In this document: in pieces, positions 51,051 through 63,399 of the stretch | Layout: every line of letters begins with the position of its first letter | How positions within the stretch are numbered: position 1 is the stretch's first letter | Assembly: GCF_016432865.1 (NCBI RefSeq) | Contig: NC_067398.1 | Coordinates: 483,662,001 to 483,726,000, forward strand | From: Antechinus flavipes | Lineage: Eukaryota | Length of the DNA: 64,000 nucleotides | Direction: 5' to 3' | Notes under the pieces: model-generated | Seen by the model: the letters and a program-made list of their open reading frames with translations, nothing else | The model's database searches: none | Told to the model about the DNA's origin: nothing | Program-made: the position numbers and the translations under genes

Positions 51051-51349
51051 GTTCTTACCCATGTTCACTTATGTATATGAAAGGCTGTCATGTGTAAATG
51101 AGATTCCATTTTTTTCTGTTTGGCTGTAAAAGAATCAGAAGCACTGGGTAGAAATTGTAAAGAGGTCAATTTAGGCATGATAACAGGAAAAATTTTATCA
51201 CAATTAGAGCTGTCCAAAAGTGGGATATATACTGCCTTGAGAAGAAGTAGGTACCCCTCTTTGGTTATAAATTGGTATAGATTGGATGACCATTTGCTGG
51301 TTGTATTATAGTATGCATTCCTTATGTGTGTATTGGATTAGAGGCAGCT

Positions 51350-53464
51350 GTATGTTAAAAAGTGGGCAGCTTTCAGAGATGTGGTGTATAGCATTACATT
51401 TGCTTATCTGGATCAGAACACATTTTGACAAAAATAATGGGAATTCGGAAGATACTAAATGAAAAATGAAAACTCCACAGGTGTATCAGCAAGTTAATTC
51501 AGCTATTCTAAGAAGATAACAATTGAAACTTAGAGGCAGGATTTTTTGGCTCAGTAGGAAGGCAGATGAAATTCAGTTTTATTCTGATAATAACAATCCA
51601 AAGCACTTTTATGATATACTGAAAGTTAATTATGAGCCAAAGAGTTTAGTGCATCCTAACTACTCAGTGCTAATGGAGCCACATTGGAGAAAGGCTGAAA
51701 ACTTGCACAGTTTTCTCAACAGTCTTGTCATCAATACTGAAACCATTGACCTTTCACCTCAGATAGAAACCAACACTCTCTAGCTGAAGTTCCAGCTGAA
51801 GAAGAGGTTTTTGAATGCTTTTAGACTATTTTTATATGGCAAAATACTTGGTGCTGATTCTGTTCTGACTGAGATTTACAAAGTGGGGGTTCCATTGATC
51901 ATACAATAGCTGACTAAATTTTCTGGATTATATGGCAAGAGTTGGTTATGTCCAGGAGTTTAAGGATACCTTCATTGGCCAATTCTATAGAGATAAAGGG
52001 AATAGATTGTCCTGTGACAATTTAAGCCAGAGGAAGGAGTCTATCTATTAGTCATTGCTGGCAGGATTCTTGCCAGAGTCCTACTTAATAGGCTGATCCT
52101 GTAATTGGAAGAAGGTCATGTACCTGAAAGCCAGGGTGGCTTCAGAAGAGGCCAAGGAACAGTTGATGTGGTGTCTGCTCCCCAGCAATGCCAAGAAAAC
52201 TGCCAGAAGCAGAACAGAGGTCTGTATACAACATTTGTAGATCTCACCAAGACCTTATGAAAGTGATGTCAAAATTCAGTTACCAGAGAAATTCATCAGT
52301 ATAGTACGTCAGTTTCATGATGACACGCTTGCTTGATTCTGAACAGCATTCCCATGGAATGAAACAAGACTCTGTGCTTGTTTGCATGCTGTTTTCCGTC
52401 TTGTTTTCATATGCCTTCAATGAGAACAAATATGGCATCAAAGTCAGCACATACCGATTTCATCTTGAAAAGGATACAAGCCAAAACTAAAGGGAATGTG
52501 GATGCCTGACTTTTTTGTTTGCAGATGATTGTGTACTCAGTGCAGCCTCTGAAGCTAGATGCAACAAGGTATGGATCAATTCTTAGCTATTTGTGTTAAT
52601 TTTGGCCTAACAATTAACACCAAGAAAACACAGGTACTCCATCAGCCAGTATACAGCCATACAATCCATATGTAGAACCATCAGTTACAGCAAATGGTAA
52701 AGTTTTGAATGCCGTGGATAAATTCTCTTACCTTGTCAGTATACTTTCCAGAGTGTTCACATTGATAATGAGATTGATACTCAATTCTAGAGCTAGTTTA
52801 GTGTTTGGGAGGCTCCAAAGAAAAGTGTGGGAAAGGAGAAGTGTTAGACTGAGTACCAAGCTAAAGATCTGCAAAGCAGTTGTGCTGATCTCATTGTTGT
52901 ATGCCTATGAAACTGGACATCATGCCAGAACCATGCCATGCTTCCATTTGAATTGTCTTAGATTCTGAAGATCATCTGGCAGGATAAGGTAACAGATATT
53001 AAGGTCCTTTTTCAAACTAAACTACTAGGTATTTTAACTCTACTGCAGAAAGCACAACTCTGTTGGGCTGGCCACATTGTTTGAATGCCAAATGTATACT
53101 TGTCCAAAAGATTATTTTATGGAGAACTCACATAGGATAAGTGCTCACAAACTCAGAAAAAGCAACACAAGAACACTTTCAAAGTCTTTTAAGAACTTTA
53201 GAATTGACATGGGAGATACTGACACAGGACCACCTAGTATGGCATATCCTCATCAGAGGGTGCTGTGTACTCTGGGCAAAGTAGAACTGAAGTAGTTCAA
53301 AAGAAATGCAAGATGCATAAAATTACAAAATCCCTTACAAATGTTCATATGGATTATTTGTATCCATGCTCGTATTGGTCTGATCAGCCATAGTTGGATA
53401 CACTAGCTTGACTCTGACATAGTGATGTCATTTTGGTCTAACTCTAGAATAAAGGATCACAACA
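51350..53464 (+). mobile_element. RTE-clade LINE, 5'-truncated, degraded reverse transcriptase
   Basis: PESQGGFRRGQGTVD...YTTFVDLTK RT motifs at about 52120-52250; (CAA) tail; TSD AGAGGCAGCT at 51340-51349 and 53465-53474. Confidence 0.88.
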
Positions 53465-53710
53465 AGAGGCAGCTAAGGGTACAATTGATAGAACACTGGG
53501 CTTGATGTTCAAAAGACCTAGGCTCATATCCATCCTTAGACTTTTAATAGCGCAAGACTATGGGCAAGTCAATTAACTTGTCTCACTTTCCTTAATTATA
53601 AAAGAGATGGCATCCTTTAGAAAAATAATAGTACCTTCTTCATGTTGTCATTATAGGGAGCAAATGAGATAACTGTGCCTAGAACATAGTAAGCAATTAA
53701 AAAATGCTTA
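53465..53710 (+). mobile_element. MIR
   Basis: gaggcagctaagggtacaattgatagaacactggg...tatgggcaagtcaattaac. Confidence 0.7.
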
Positions 53711-53844
53711 TTTTCCCCCTTTCTCTCTTTGGAGTAGTTAACCACTGAAGCCTTTTACAACTCCTCAGATTATGATTCCATAATTTACTCACACATTCCC
53801 TGTCATTTCATCCTTTCATCTTTTGTCTAACAATCAATTTTCTT

Positions 53845-54500
53845 TTTTTTTTTTTTAAATAACTTTTTATTGACAGAACCCAAGCCAGGGTAATTTTTTA
53901 CAGCATTATCCCTTGCACTCACTTCTGTTCCGATTTTTCCCTTCCCTCCACCCCATTCCCCAGATGGCAAGCAGTCCTTTACATGTTAAATAGGTTACAG
54001 TATATCCTAGATACAATATATGTGTGCAGAACCGAACAGTTTTCTTGTTGCACAGGGAGAATTGGATTCAGAAGGTATAAATAACCCGGGAAGAAAAACA
54101 AAAATGCAAGCAGTTTATATTCATTTCCCAGTGTTCTTTCTTTGGATGTAGCTGCTTCTGTCCATCCTTGATCAATTGAAACTGAATTAGCTCTCTTTAT
54201 TGAAAAGATCCACTTTCATCAGAATACATCCTCAAACAGTGTCGTTGTTGAGGTATATAATGATCTCCTGGTTCTGCTCATTTCACTTAGCATCAGTTCA
54301 TGTAAGTCTCTCCAGTCCTCTCTGTATTCATCCTGCTGGTCATTTCTTACAGAACAATAATATTCCATAACATTCATACACCACAATTTACCCAACCATT
54401 CTCCAATTGATGGGCATCCATTCATTTTCCAGCTTCTAGCCACTACAAACAGGGCTGTCACAAACATTTTAGCACATACAGGTCCCTTTCCCTTTTTTAG
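53845..54500 (-). mobile_element. Young 5'-truncated L1 with 17-bp TSD
   Basis: TAACAATCAATTTTCTT at 53828-53844 and 54501-54517; open ORF2 tail (ORF 54219-54506). Confidence 0.95.
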
Positions 54501-55369
54501 TAACAATCAATTTTCTTAATGCTTGCCAAAGTATCTTTATTTCTGTGAGTTAATTTGAGCCATTTCCATTTTAGTTGGTACAGTTGATAGAACACCCATG
54601 CTGTTGAATTGAATGTTGGTTGATTGACAGGTTTATCTCTTTTGGAGACTGATGAGGAGAACCAGCTCTCTTGGAAGGAGCTTGATGATCTCACTTATAA
54701 TTGATTTTGTGATGAGATTATTGCATGAATCACTAGGGGGATTCTGGAACTTTAGTGTTATAAATCTCCAGAATGGCTTTTGAGTCACAGTTTGCATTAA
54801 ATTATTGCCTTAATGGGTTCTGTGATAATGCTGACCATTCCTTAATTTTAAAAATTCTTAATATGTATGTTTAACATTCATTCTCTTGATTTTTCTTACA
54901 AGTATATATTTCTCCATAGTGATATGCTCACAATGCAGTCCCAAACATAAAAGAATTTTTAAATTTCCAGGAATAATTTCACTGTAGTTTTCAGAAACCA
55001 TCCAAGTATAAGTATGAGCCTACAGGGGAATTTTATTAAAACTTTTTTCCTTCTACCTTTGTTCCTTTGCTAGTTTTCCTTATTGGTTCTCTGCCTTTCA
55101 CCACTATAACAGTTGTGTACCTTTTGAAAGTTCCTTTTAGGTCATTATGAAATTTGTGTGTGTATGTGTGTGTAATCACACTTTTCCTTTCTCTCTTGTA
55201 CTAAAAACAAAAGAAACATTATTTTGCCCACTATTCTTACCAATGTATAAATAAGTATTTGTAGTATTTTTTTCCAGTTGAGGTGTGATATGAGATGAGA
55301 AATTGAAAATTGTTAAGTTAATACATCACTAGTTTTTGCATACAATTGTAGAAACTATGTGCTTGCACC

Positions 55370-55650
55370 CTAGAGGCCAAGATATTCGTTGTAATTTATT
55401 AAGTTTCAAAAAAGATACATGGCCCATATGTGGGCTGCATACTGCCCACTGCACTCTGGAGGAAGTCTTGAACTAAATTAAAAGGCATGTGGGAAATATC
55501 TAAGAAACTAAATAAAAATATACTAAGATATAGATAATGTTAATATTTGGTTTTCTGAGATAATGTGCAACCCACAGGAATCTTTATATATGGGTTAGTG
55601 GCTATTTTTCCTGTTTGGGTTAGGCACCACCAACTGTAGTATTCCTTCTT
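55370..55650 (-). mobile_element. Putative DNA-transposon-like repeat, same family as 30539-30850
   Basis: Its reverse complement has atatttcccacatgccttttaatttagtt and cagaaaaccaaatattaacatt, similar to the 30539 copy. Confidence 0.45.
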
Positions 55651-55950
55651 ATTATCCCTTTTTCCCCAAGAAAATCTGTTTGACTGTGCCTGTTATTAGG
55701 TACTTGGAATTACCATTTTTCTTGAGATTTATTGCCAATCAAACTATTCTAAATATGCTGTAGATATGACTTTGTAATTGATTTACCTGCAAAGACAGTT
55801 TCCTTGTACATGTTTTGATTATGATTAATGAAGTATTTATAAAAATGTCTTGCTAAATGTATTTTTGTTAAAAAGTAGGAACTCAGTTGTAGAAAGAAAT
55901 TCATGTAGTATTTGTCAAAATAATAATTTTTTTTTCCTCCCTCAATGCAG

Positions 55951-56393
55951 GTGTTCTTTATAAATTTTCCTACGGGACTTCTTTGTGGGGAAATCAGAAA
56001 AGCATATGTTGAATTTGTCAACGTCAGCAAGTGTCCTCTTACTGGATTGAAGGTTGTTTCTAAACGTCCAGAGTTTTTTACTTTTGGTGGTAATACTGCT
56101 GTTTTAACACCTCTGAGTCCCTCAGCTTCTGAGAACTGTAGTGCTTATAAGACTGTTGTGGCAGATTCTACCTCTGGATCTACTGCCCTCACATCATCAG
56201 CTTCGTCAATAGACTTTGGCTTTGGCATAGGAAATCAGCCAGAGGTGATTCATGTGCCCCTTCCTGACTCTGTTCTTATGCCTGGGGCTTCAGTCCAGTT
56301 GCCTATGTGGTTACGTGGACCAGATGAAGAAGGTGTTCATGAAATAAACTTTTTGTTTTATTATGAAAGTATTAAAAAGCAGCCTAACATCTG
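55951..56393 (+). CDS. TRAPPC8: TRAPPC8 window exon 18 (443 nt, phase 0-2)
   Basis: VFFINFPTGLLCGEIRKAYVEFVNVSKCPLTGLKVV...LRGPDEEGVHEINFLFYYESIKKQPNI; atgcag / gtgagt; ORF 55945-56397. Confidence 0.96.
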
Positions 56394-57964
56394 GTGAGTA
56401 TTTTTTAATTTTTTTAAGATAAACTTCCATTTATAATGTGTTTTTAAAATATTCATATTATTAACATACTACCATTTTAAAAAGGAAAACAATCACCCTT
56501 CTTCTTTACTGTGCATAATGTTTATGCCTCAGGTTGTGCCTAATATCTCTGAACTGCCTGGCTGCAAGATTTGACAGAGGTGGACTCTAATCTCTAAGAC
56601 CACTTCAAGCTCCAAAATGCAATGATTCTGATATGGCCACAGGTTCCAAAATTTCCAGGTGACCACTGTGTCAACCCAGTGTAATTGGATATCGTTCATA
56701 CTTGAAGAAGCTATCTAACCCATCATCAGGAGGGTGTGTGCTTTGACATTATTTTCTTCCTTTAGTGGATTTAATTATATGCCTATCCATTTCTTCTTTC
56801 ACACAGGACCCTTTGTAACCAGTGTGTACATTTTCAAAATTGCTGGCTCGTGTGACAGTTTAATTTATGTCATTAGATAGAATAAAACTAATTAATTAGC
56901 TAACATGTAGAGAATTGCTTATCTTGGTCATAATTCAACATATAGCACAGCAGAATCCGATTTGTATAATTGTTTCAGGAAAATAGCTGGAAATAACTTT
57001 CTTTTTTTATGTTTACTTAAATAAAGCTATTGAAATATTTTATAGAGTTTCAGACCATTAAAAAAATCTGGTTTGTTTTAGTGAACACTGACAGTGAGAT
57101 GTCAAAAAAAATTTTATCAATGGACACTTTTTATCATTGCTCATCATAAACTACTTAGGAAATAAAGTCAAAGAATGTGTAATAATAACAGATTTGGGGC
57201 AAAATAATGGTCTGAATTTCAGGGCAATTCACAAAGCTAAATTAAAAATTGACTTTCCTCATCTACTTTGACTCATAGAATTAATTTTTCAGTAGAAATA
57301 TCTGATACATAAGTGGACTTTTGGAAGACTAAAAACCATACTTGAACAGTCTCTCCCTGAAATGATAGTCACTTTTACATTTTGCTAGTAAAAAATTTTT
57401 TTTGGTCAAGAGTGTAACCGTTTGAAAAAATTGGCTCATTTTTCCTTTTGGAAGTGAAGAAGTTTAAATGTTTAAAAATAATAATAATGTCAATCTATTT
57501 TTGTAATCTCCAAACTTCTATTTAAAGGCTAGTAGGATTATTATAACCTTTTAGTTAATATAATTTTTAATTAATTAGTTAATTTAGTTAATTAGTAATT
57601 TAGTTAATAAGCAGATTTGAGAATTAAGTCATAAACATATATTCCTCTAAAGTGTGCAAAACACTTTTACCTGAATTTCAGTTCTTCAGATAACACTGAA
57701 ATCAGTCCTATTAGTGTCCTTATTTTCTAAGGAGAAAACTCACAACAAGTAACTTGCTCAGAGATCACAAAGCTATTTAGAGTCTGAGGTGGATTTCAAA
57801 TCCAAGTCATTCTTCTCTGCTGTATCATATCAGTGTGCTTTTATTTATTTTAGGGTTTGGTGATTAAAAGGAATAGATTTTTAATTAGTAATCAAGATTT
57901 CATTTAAAAAAAGCTTATGTGTAAAATTAATTACTCAAAGGTTTAGTTAACCTATACATTTATT

Positions 57965-58098
57965 TTATTTTTGTTTGTTTTTTGAGTCAGTTGGGGTTAA
58001 CTGACTTGCCCAGGGTCACAGCTAGTTAAGTGTTAAATGTCTGAGGCCGAATTTGAACTCAAGGACTGATGCTCCCTTACTGTACCATCTAGCTGATA
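57965..58098 (-). mobile_element. WSINE1-like SINE, internally deleted
   Basis: gttggggttaactgacttgcccagggtcacagctagttaagtgttaaatgtctgaggcc. Confidence 0.75.
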
Positions 58099-60145
58099 TC
58101 AGATTCATTTCTACAAACATTTTTATGCTAGGCACTGTACTAGGTGCTGGGGATCCAGAGAACATTTTCTTCACTTAAGGAATTTTCGTTTTTTTTTTTA
58201 AATTTTTTTTAAGGGAGATAACATGTATATACGTAAGTATAAATACAAAATACAAGATATAATTGGGGAGGGAGAGAGATAGTAAGATGGAGATCAAGGC
58301 TGGTTTTATGTGGCACGTGGTACTTCAGCTGAGCCTTGAAGGAATTATAGACATTTCACTTGGGAAGCCATTAATTATGATGGATAAAGAGGATTGTAGT
58401 TTTATATGAAGGAGAAAATATAGGTCAAGAATTTCAAAAGGAGAGGACGATGTGTGTGAAATTATAAAACAATTGGCATTCTCCTAGCAAAAGGTAAATA
58501 ATTCATTTTACTTAGTTAAAAAGAGGGACATTTGATGTATAGGTCTTATTAAAAGCCATGCTTAGAAGTCTAAAGTTTAATGTGGAGGGGGGGAGGTATA
58601 GATGACACTAGATAATATAACTGAACAGATATATGTGGATACTAATTATGTATAGACTAGTTGTCTCAAACTAAAGGATTACAACATAGAAATAAGTAAA
58701 TATAAAAAGTTTTAAATGTATAGGGAGAAACTATTTCAGTCATCAAGTAGAGGGCTAGTTGTGAAAGGATATCATCAAGTGTAGTATCATAGATTTAGAA
58801 ATAGTGGAGACCTTAGAGGCCAGCATGTTTAACTCTCTTATTTTTTGGGATGGGGAAAGTGATAAGGGAATCAGAATGATTTCCTAAAGTTATACAGGTA
58901 GTTGTGGAGGTGAGATTCATGCTTGGCTTCTTACTGCAGAGTATAGCTTATATTAAGGGGACCTTTTTGGAATGAGTGAAGTCTTGGACACCTAGAAGCC
59001 TTCTGGTGATCTTCCATAGAACTCACTATGTTCACCATGCATTTGGCATTTATTACATGCTATTTTTATTTACGTTTTGTGTCACTACATCATAAGACCC
59101 TAGAGATAGAAGGGACCTCGGGTCATGTGGGACCCAGAAAAGGGACATGACTTGTACAAGTTCACACGATAATAAATAGCAAAGTCAGGAATGGGTCCCA
59201 GAATTCTATATCCTATATGAAATTATTTATTTCAAGCAGTATTGGTTACATGACTTTCATATTACAAAGTATTTCTATAGTAGGTTCCTCAAGGAACATT
59301 TTAGAACAGTAATAAATCAGACATTGTCTTATATATTTTATATACGTATATACAAGTACCATACAAATAGTAGAAACAGAGAACTATAGAAAAGAGAAGG
59401 AAGGATGATATGATGAGGAAGGGCTTCCTGGAGGTGATATTTAATCTGGACTCTTAAGACTGAGTAAAGTTTCTCTTTTTTAAAAGTTTTATTGATGTCT
59501 TTTGTTTTATTATCACAAACATATTTATTTTGCATATATATCACCATGAAACTCATACCCTCTTTAGTGAGCCTTCCGTGGTAACAAAGAAAAACAAGTC
59601 CAGCAAAACTAATTGCCCAGATAATCAAGTAGACTTTTAATATGTAAGGATGGATACAAATAAATGGCATTGTAGGTAGAGGCAAACATATGCAGCATAT
59701 GCCGAAACTTGATGAAAAAATCAGGGAAGTCTCCTGGTGCACTTCAGTACTGATGATTATAGAGTAGTGTTTAAAGAGGAAGGGATGGAACCTGGGGCCT
59801 GGGGCCTGCAGCTTGGGGCCTGGGATCTGTCAGGGAGGCAGACAGAACAACAGACAACTTTCAAGCCAGGCTATCAAATTTGAGTTTTATTTAGTAGGCA
59901 TTTGGTGATCTTTAGAGATTTTTTTTTGTTTGTTTAGCAGGGAAGTGGCATGATCAGAGCAGTGCGGTAGGAAAATGAATCTTGAGGTACTGCAATCAAA
60001 ATTGATCAGAAGTGAGAAAAACAGGTGACTAGGAGACTAGTTAGACTGTTAAAGCATTGTTATAATTTTCTAGGTACAAGGTAATAATAGTTAGCTCTTA
60101 TAGTATTTTAAGGTGTTGAAAATGCTTTATATAACATAAACATAC

Positions 60146-60190
60146 GTGTGTGTGTGTCTGTGTGTCTGTGTCTGTGTGTCTATGTGTGTC
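60146..60190. repeat. (TG)n/(TGTGTC)n microsatellite
   Basis: Direct reading. Confidence 0.9.
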
Positions 60191-60309
60191 TTTATCCCTT
60201 TCTGAGGAAGGTGCTATTTGTGTTTTAGAGGTGAGGAAATAGTATCTGAGGCAGGATTCAAGCATTTCTTTTTGATTCCACAATGCCATCTAGCTGCTTC
60301 TAGTAATCA

Positions 60310-61490
60310 GGGTCTGAACTTTTGATATTCAACATCTTAATAACCTATCTCCCCACACCTTTCCAGTCTTTTGTGCCTTATACTATTCTCTCTCCTTATT
60401 CCCTAGTACTCTTGTGTTTCAGTAACATTAGCCTTGGAATTCTTTGAGCAAGATATACTTCAACTGTCAGTTTGGGGCATTTTCACTGACCTTAAGGGCT
60501 CCTTCCTCATTTCTATTTCTTGATTCCTTCAGTTCTCTGCTAAAATCTCACTTTTTCCATGAAGCCTTTTTTGCTTCCTTGTAATTTAGTGTCTTCCCTC
60601 TATTAATTATCTTCAATTTATCCTGTATACATCTTGTTTGTACATAAATGTCTGCTCTTGTCTCCTCCATTATACTATGAGGGTGGTGACTGTCTTTGAC
60701 CTTTCTTTGTATCCCCTAGTAGTGCCTGGCTCATGGTAGGTACTTAATAAGTATATATGGACTCAGAAGAAAAAGACCAAAGGAACCAATTTGAGAGAGA
60801 CTTTGAAGGAATAAGGCATAGAAGTTGTAACTAGATATAAGTTATGAAAAAGGAATAGCCAGTAAAATCCTTGAAGTTTTAATCCAGAATGCCTGAGATT
60901 GGGGAAAGGAGGGCAGTGAGGGAGAGGGAGTGGATACCATTAACAAAAATGTAAAAATCAGAAGAAGGTACTCTTTTAAAAAAAGAGAAAAAAGGATGAG
61001 TACAGTATGACATGTTCATTTAGAAGTATTGGTAAATCCTTGTGAGCATTTTTAGTAGGTGGTAATAAATTCAGAACTGAGGTAGGGTGGTGATGGTGAT
61101 AAAGAGATTTGGGAATCATTCTCGAGGAGGATGATAGCTGAAACTGGGAATGAATGAGATCAATGAGGGCTAAGGCAAGAGATTTTAACTTTTAAATTTT
61201 CTTGTTCTTATCAATGAGGCTAAAATATTAAGGCCAATTTGTAAAGCTTTAAAAGCTATACGTAAAAGTTTCATCATATTTAATTTAATCTTTCATAGTT
61301 GATCCTAGAGACATGAGAGAACCACTTGGATTAAGAAAGTGATTGTTAGTTATGTGGATGAGAAGATCACTCTCAGCAGGATTTAGGGTAGACTGGAGTT
61401 GGGATAAGTCTTGAGGCTGTAAGCAGTAATCTAGTCAAGAGCTATTTGGGGCCTAAATTGTGGTTGTGCATATTGGCTGTTAGTCTGAAG
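60310..61490. mobile_element. L2 fragments (3' end on + to about 60760, then antisense)
   Basis: tgtatcccctagtagtgcctggctcatggtaggtacttaataag L2 terminus. Confidence 0.65.
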
Positions 61491-61769
61491 GATGGTGCTT
61501 TTAATTTTCTTGCTTGTATGAAATATTTTTATGTAGCTTATAGTGGATGAAACAATATTAGGCCTTTCAAATGATCAATCAGAATTGAACTAAACCAATA
61601 GAATTTTCTTTTGTTTCTATGGTATCAAGCCTCACTAGTCTAATTAAATATGAAATAATTGAATGAAGACTTTTGAATATCAAACTGAAGTATTAGAAAT
61701 ATTTTTTGTGGTATTCCAATTTTGATTATTATCAAATGGGTGTTATCTAATAATAACCAGCATTACAGT

Positions 61770-62111
61770 ATCATAGTTTTCATTTTTGAAATTTGTTTTG
61801 TTTTTATATGTGATTAATTTCCAAAGATATCCCTCCTTCCATTCCCAGAAAGCAATCCTTTGTAATAAAGAATAAGGAAGAAACTCAACACATTAACCAC
61901 ATTTCACAATATATGTAATATTTCACATTCATAATTTTCTACTGGAGGGAATGATTTCCTTAAGCTCTGGGCCCAAGCTTGTTCATTGTAATTATGTAGC
62001 ATTCAATTTGTTTTTTTATTCTTTCCATTTACATTGTTGTAGCCATTGCTTTTTTTTTCCCCCTTGCTTCTGCTTATTTCACTTTGCATCAGTTTGTGTG
62101 TTCCCATGCTT
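61770..62111 (-). mobile_element. Older L1 3' end abutting the exon 19 acceptor
   Basis: ttctgcttatttcactttgcatcagtt...ttcccatgct L1 3'UTR motif ends about 26 nt before the exon. Confidence 0.7.
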
Positions 62112-62137
62112 TAGAGTTTACATTTATTTTTCTTCAG

Positions 62138-62285
62138 TCACAGGGTATTAAGACATACAGCAGTTATTTGTACTAGCCGATCTTTGAATGTACGAGCTAC
62201 AGTCTGCAGAAGTAATACTCTTGAAGGTGAAGAAGGCAGAGGAGGCAATATGCTTGTCTTTGTGGATGTGGAAAATATCAATACT
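62138..62285 (+). CDS. TRAPPC8: TRAPPC8 window exon 19 (148 nt, phase 2-0)
   Basis: (C)HRVLRHTAVICTSRSLNVRATVCRSNTLEGEEGRGGNMLVFVDVENINT; cttcag / gtaagt. Confidence 0.95.
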
Positions 62286-63065
62286 GTAAGTTTTAGTTTT
62301 CTCTTGTAAAATTAGTTTCTTATTTTAACTGTGCACTTAACTGGTTTCAGTTGAGTAGATTTTTTTTCTTTTGTAAATTTTATACTCTGTTGATATAATT
62401 GCAGAAGTAATTATATAATAAATCATTTTTGTAACTATCCAATATAATATAGGATATGATTCACTTTCTGATTCCTGGGATTACACCCAGGTCTGCCTCA
62501 AAGCTCTTTTAGTCACTTAATGTTAATCAAGTGTTAATACCTTATTTACCTACATTAATTCGATCTTCAACAGTCTTATTTTTTGGGTAAATATATGGCA
62601 AGTTCATGTGTCATATAAATTATTAATCTAAACTAAAAAAACACATTAAATTTTGAAAAGGAAAACATAAAGATAAATGTATCAATTTCTCATTAAGGGC
62701 AAGTTATTAATGTTAAATTTATAGAATTCTTATAGGTTTTCAGTCACTTTCCAGTGTTTCAATATTATTCCATGCAACAGACCTCCATGAGTTCTGAGGA
62801 TATTGTCTTGACAGATTTATAGTAGTTTGACTTTCCATTCTTAAAACACTTCAGAATTTCGTGATACTGCAGTCCCATGATACACAGAAAATTCTCTTCA
62901 GGCAGATTGTGATTTTAATTATAAGACAGATAGGTTTTTAAAGGATGTATTCTTAGTTTAATCATTTATAATGTAAACTGGCTGTAACATTTGAGCATTC
63001 TACTTTGTGTAAGATTTTTTAAGCATTGATGCATTGATTTTTTTTTTTTAAGATTCTAAAATATG

Positions 63066-63377
63066 TAATGCTGTAAAATTACCCCTGCATATAACTTGTA
63101 AATAAAAAAGCTATTAATAAATATATATATATTTAAAAAAAAAGAAAATACAAAGCAGACATCATTAGATTAAGTAAACTGTACCAAAAGTTGAATGAAT
63201 ATTATAATGTTAAATAATGACATAGTCTATCTAGTCTGACATATGACTCATTTAAGGGTCACTAATGTACTGATGTAAAAAAATCAGGACCAGAAAATAT
63301 TGTGTTGGTTGAATAGATTAATCAGAGACAAGAAAACAATACCAGGAAAATACAATGTATAAACTTAAAAAAAAAAA
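63066..63377 (+). mobile_element. L1 3' tail plus transduced unique sequence plus second poly(A), with 16-bp TSD
   Basis: AAGATTCTAAAATATG at 63050-63065 and 63378-63393. Confidence 0.8.
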
Positions 63378-63399
63378 AAGATTCTAAAATATGGAATTT

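Larger units (their letters stand above)
48000..51310 (+). mobile_element. L3/CR1 ORF2 remnant, interrupted by an L1 and a MIR
   Basis: ggttggagaagggcagatattgtcctggttttcaaaaaag (WRRADIVLVFKK, CR1 RT-proximal motif); resumes at about 50180 and 51070. Confidence 0.7.
3252..62285 (+). other. TRAPPC8: TRAPPC8 gene body (partial: 19 internal coding exons and 18 introns)
   Basis: 19 AG/GT-bounded exons with compatible phases join into one open frame (2987 nt). The peptide matches vertebrate TRAPPC8 as recalled (TTPWFESYRE, HDRIRQFIQEFTFRGLLPH, YPPEAPELQIRKMADL, RGPDEEGVHEINFLFYYES). Confidence 0.97.

Noticed and set aside
55945-56397. ORF apparently starting at Met and ending ...QPNIW*
   Set aside because: It is exon 18 plus splice-site flanks. 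After splicing, the last codon is TG|T (Cys), not Trp, and the ATG is part of the acceptor.
56780-56860. Acceptor-like ttcttctttcacacag
   Set aside because: No matching strong donor nearby.
63149-63366. C/D snoRNA in the transduced segment
   Set aside because: CTGA motifs occur, but there is no canonical RTGATGA box or terminal stem.
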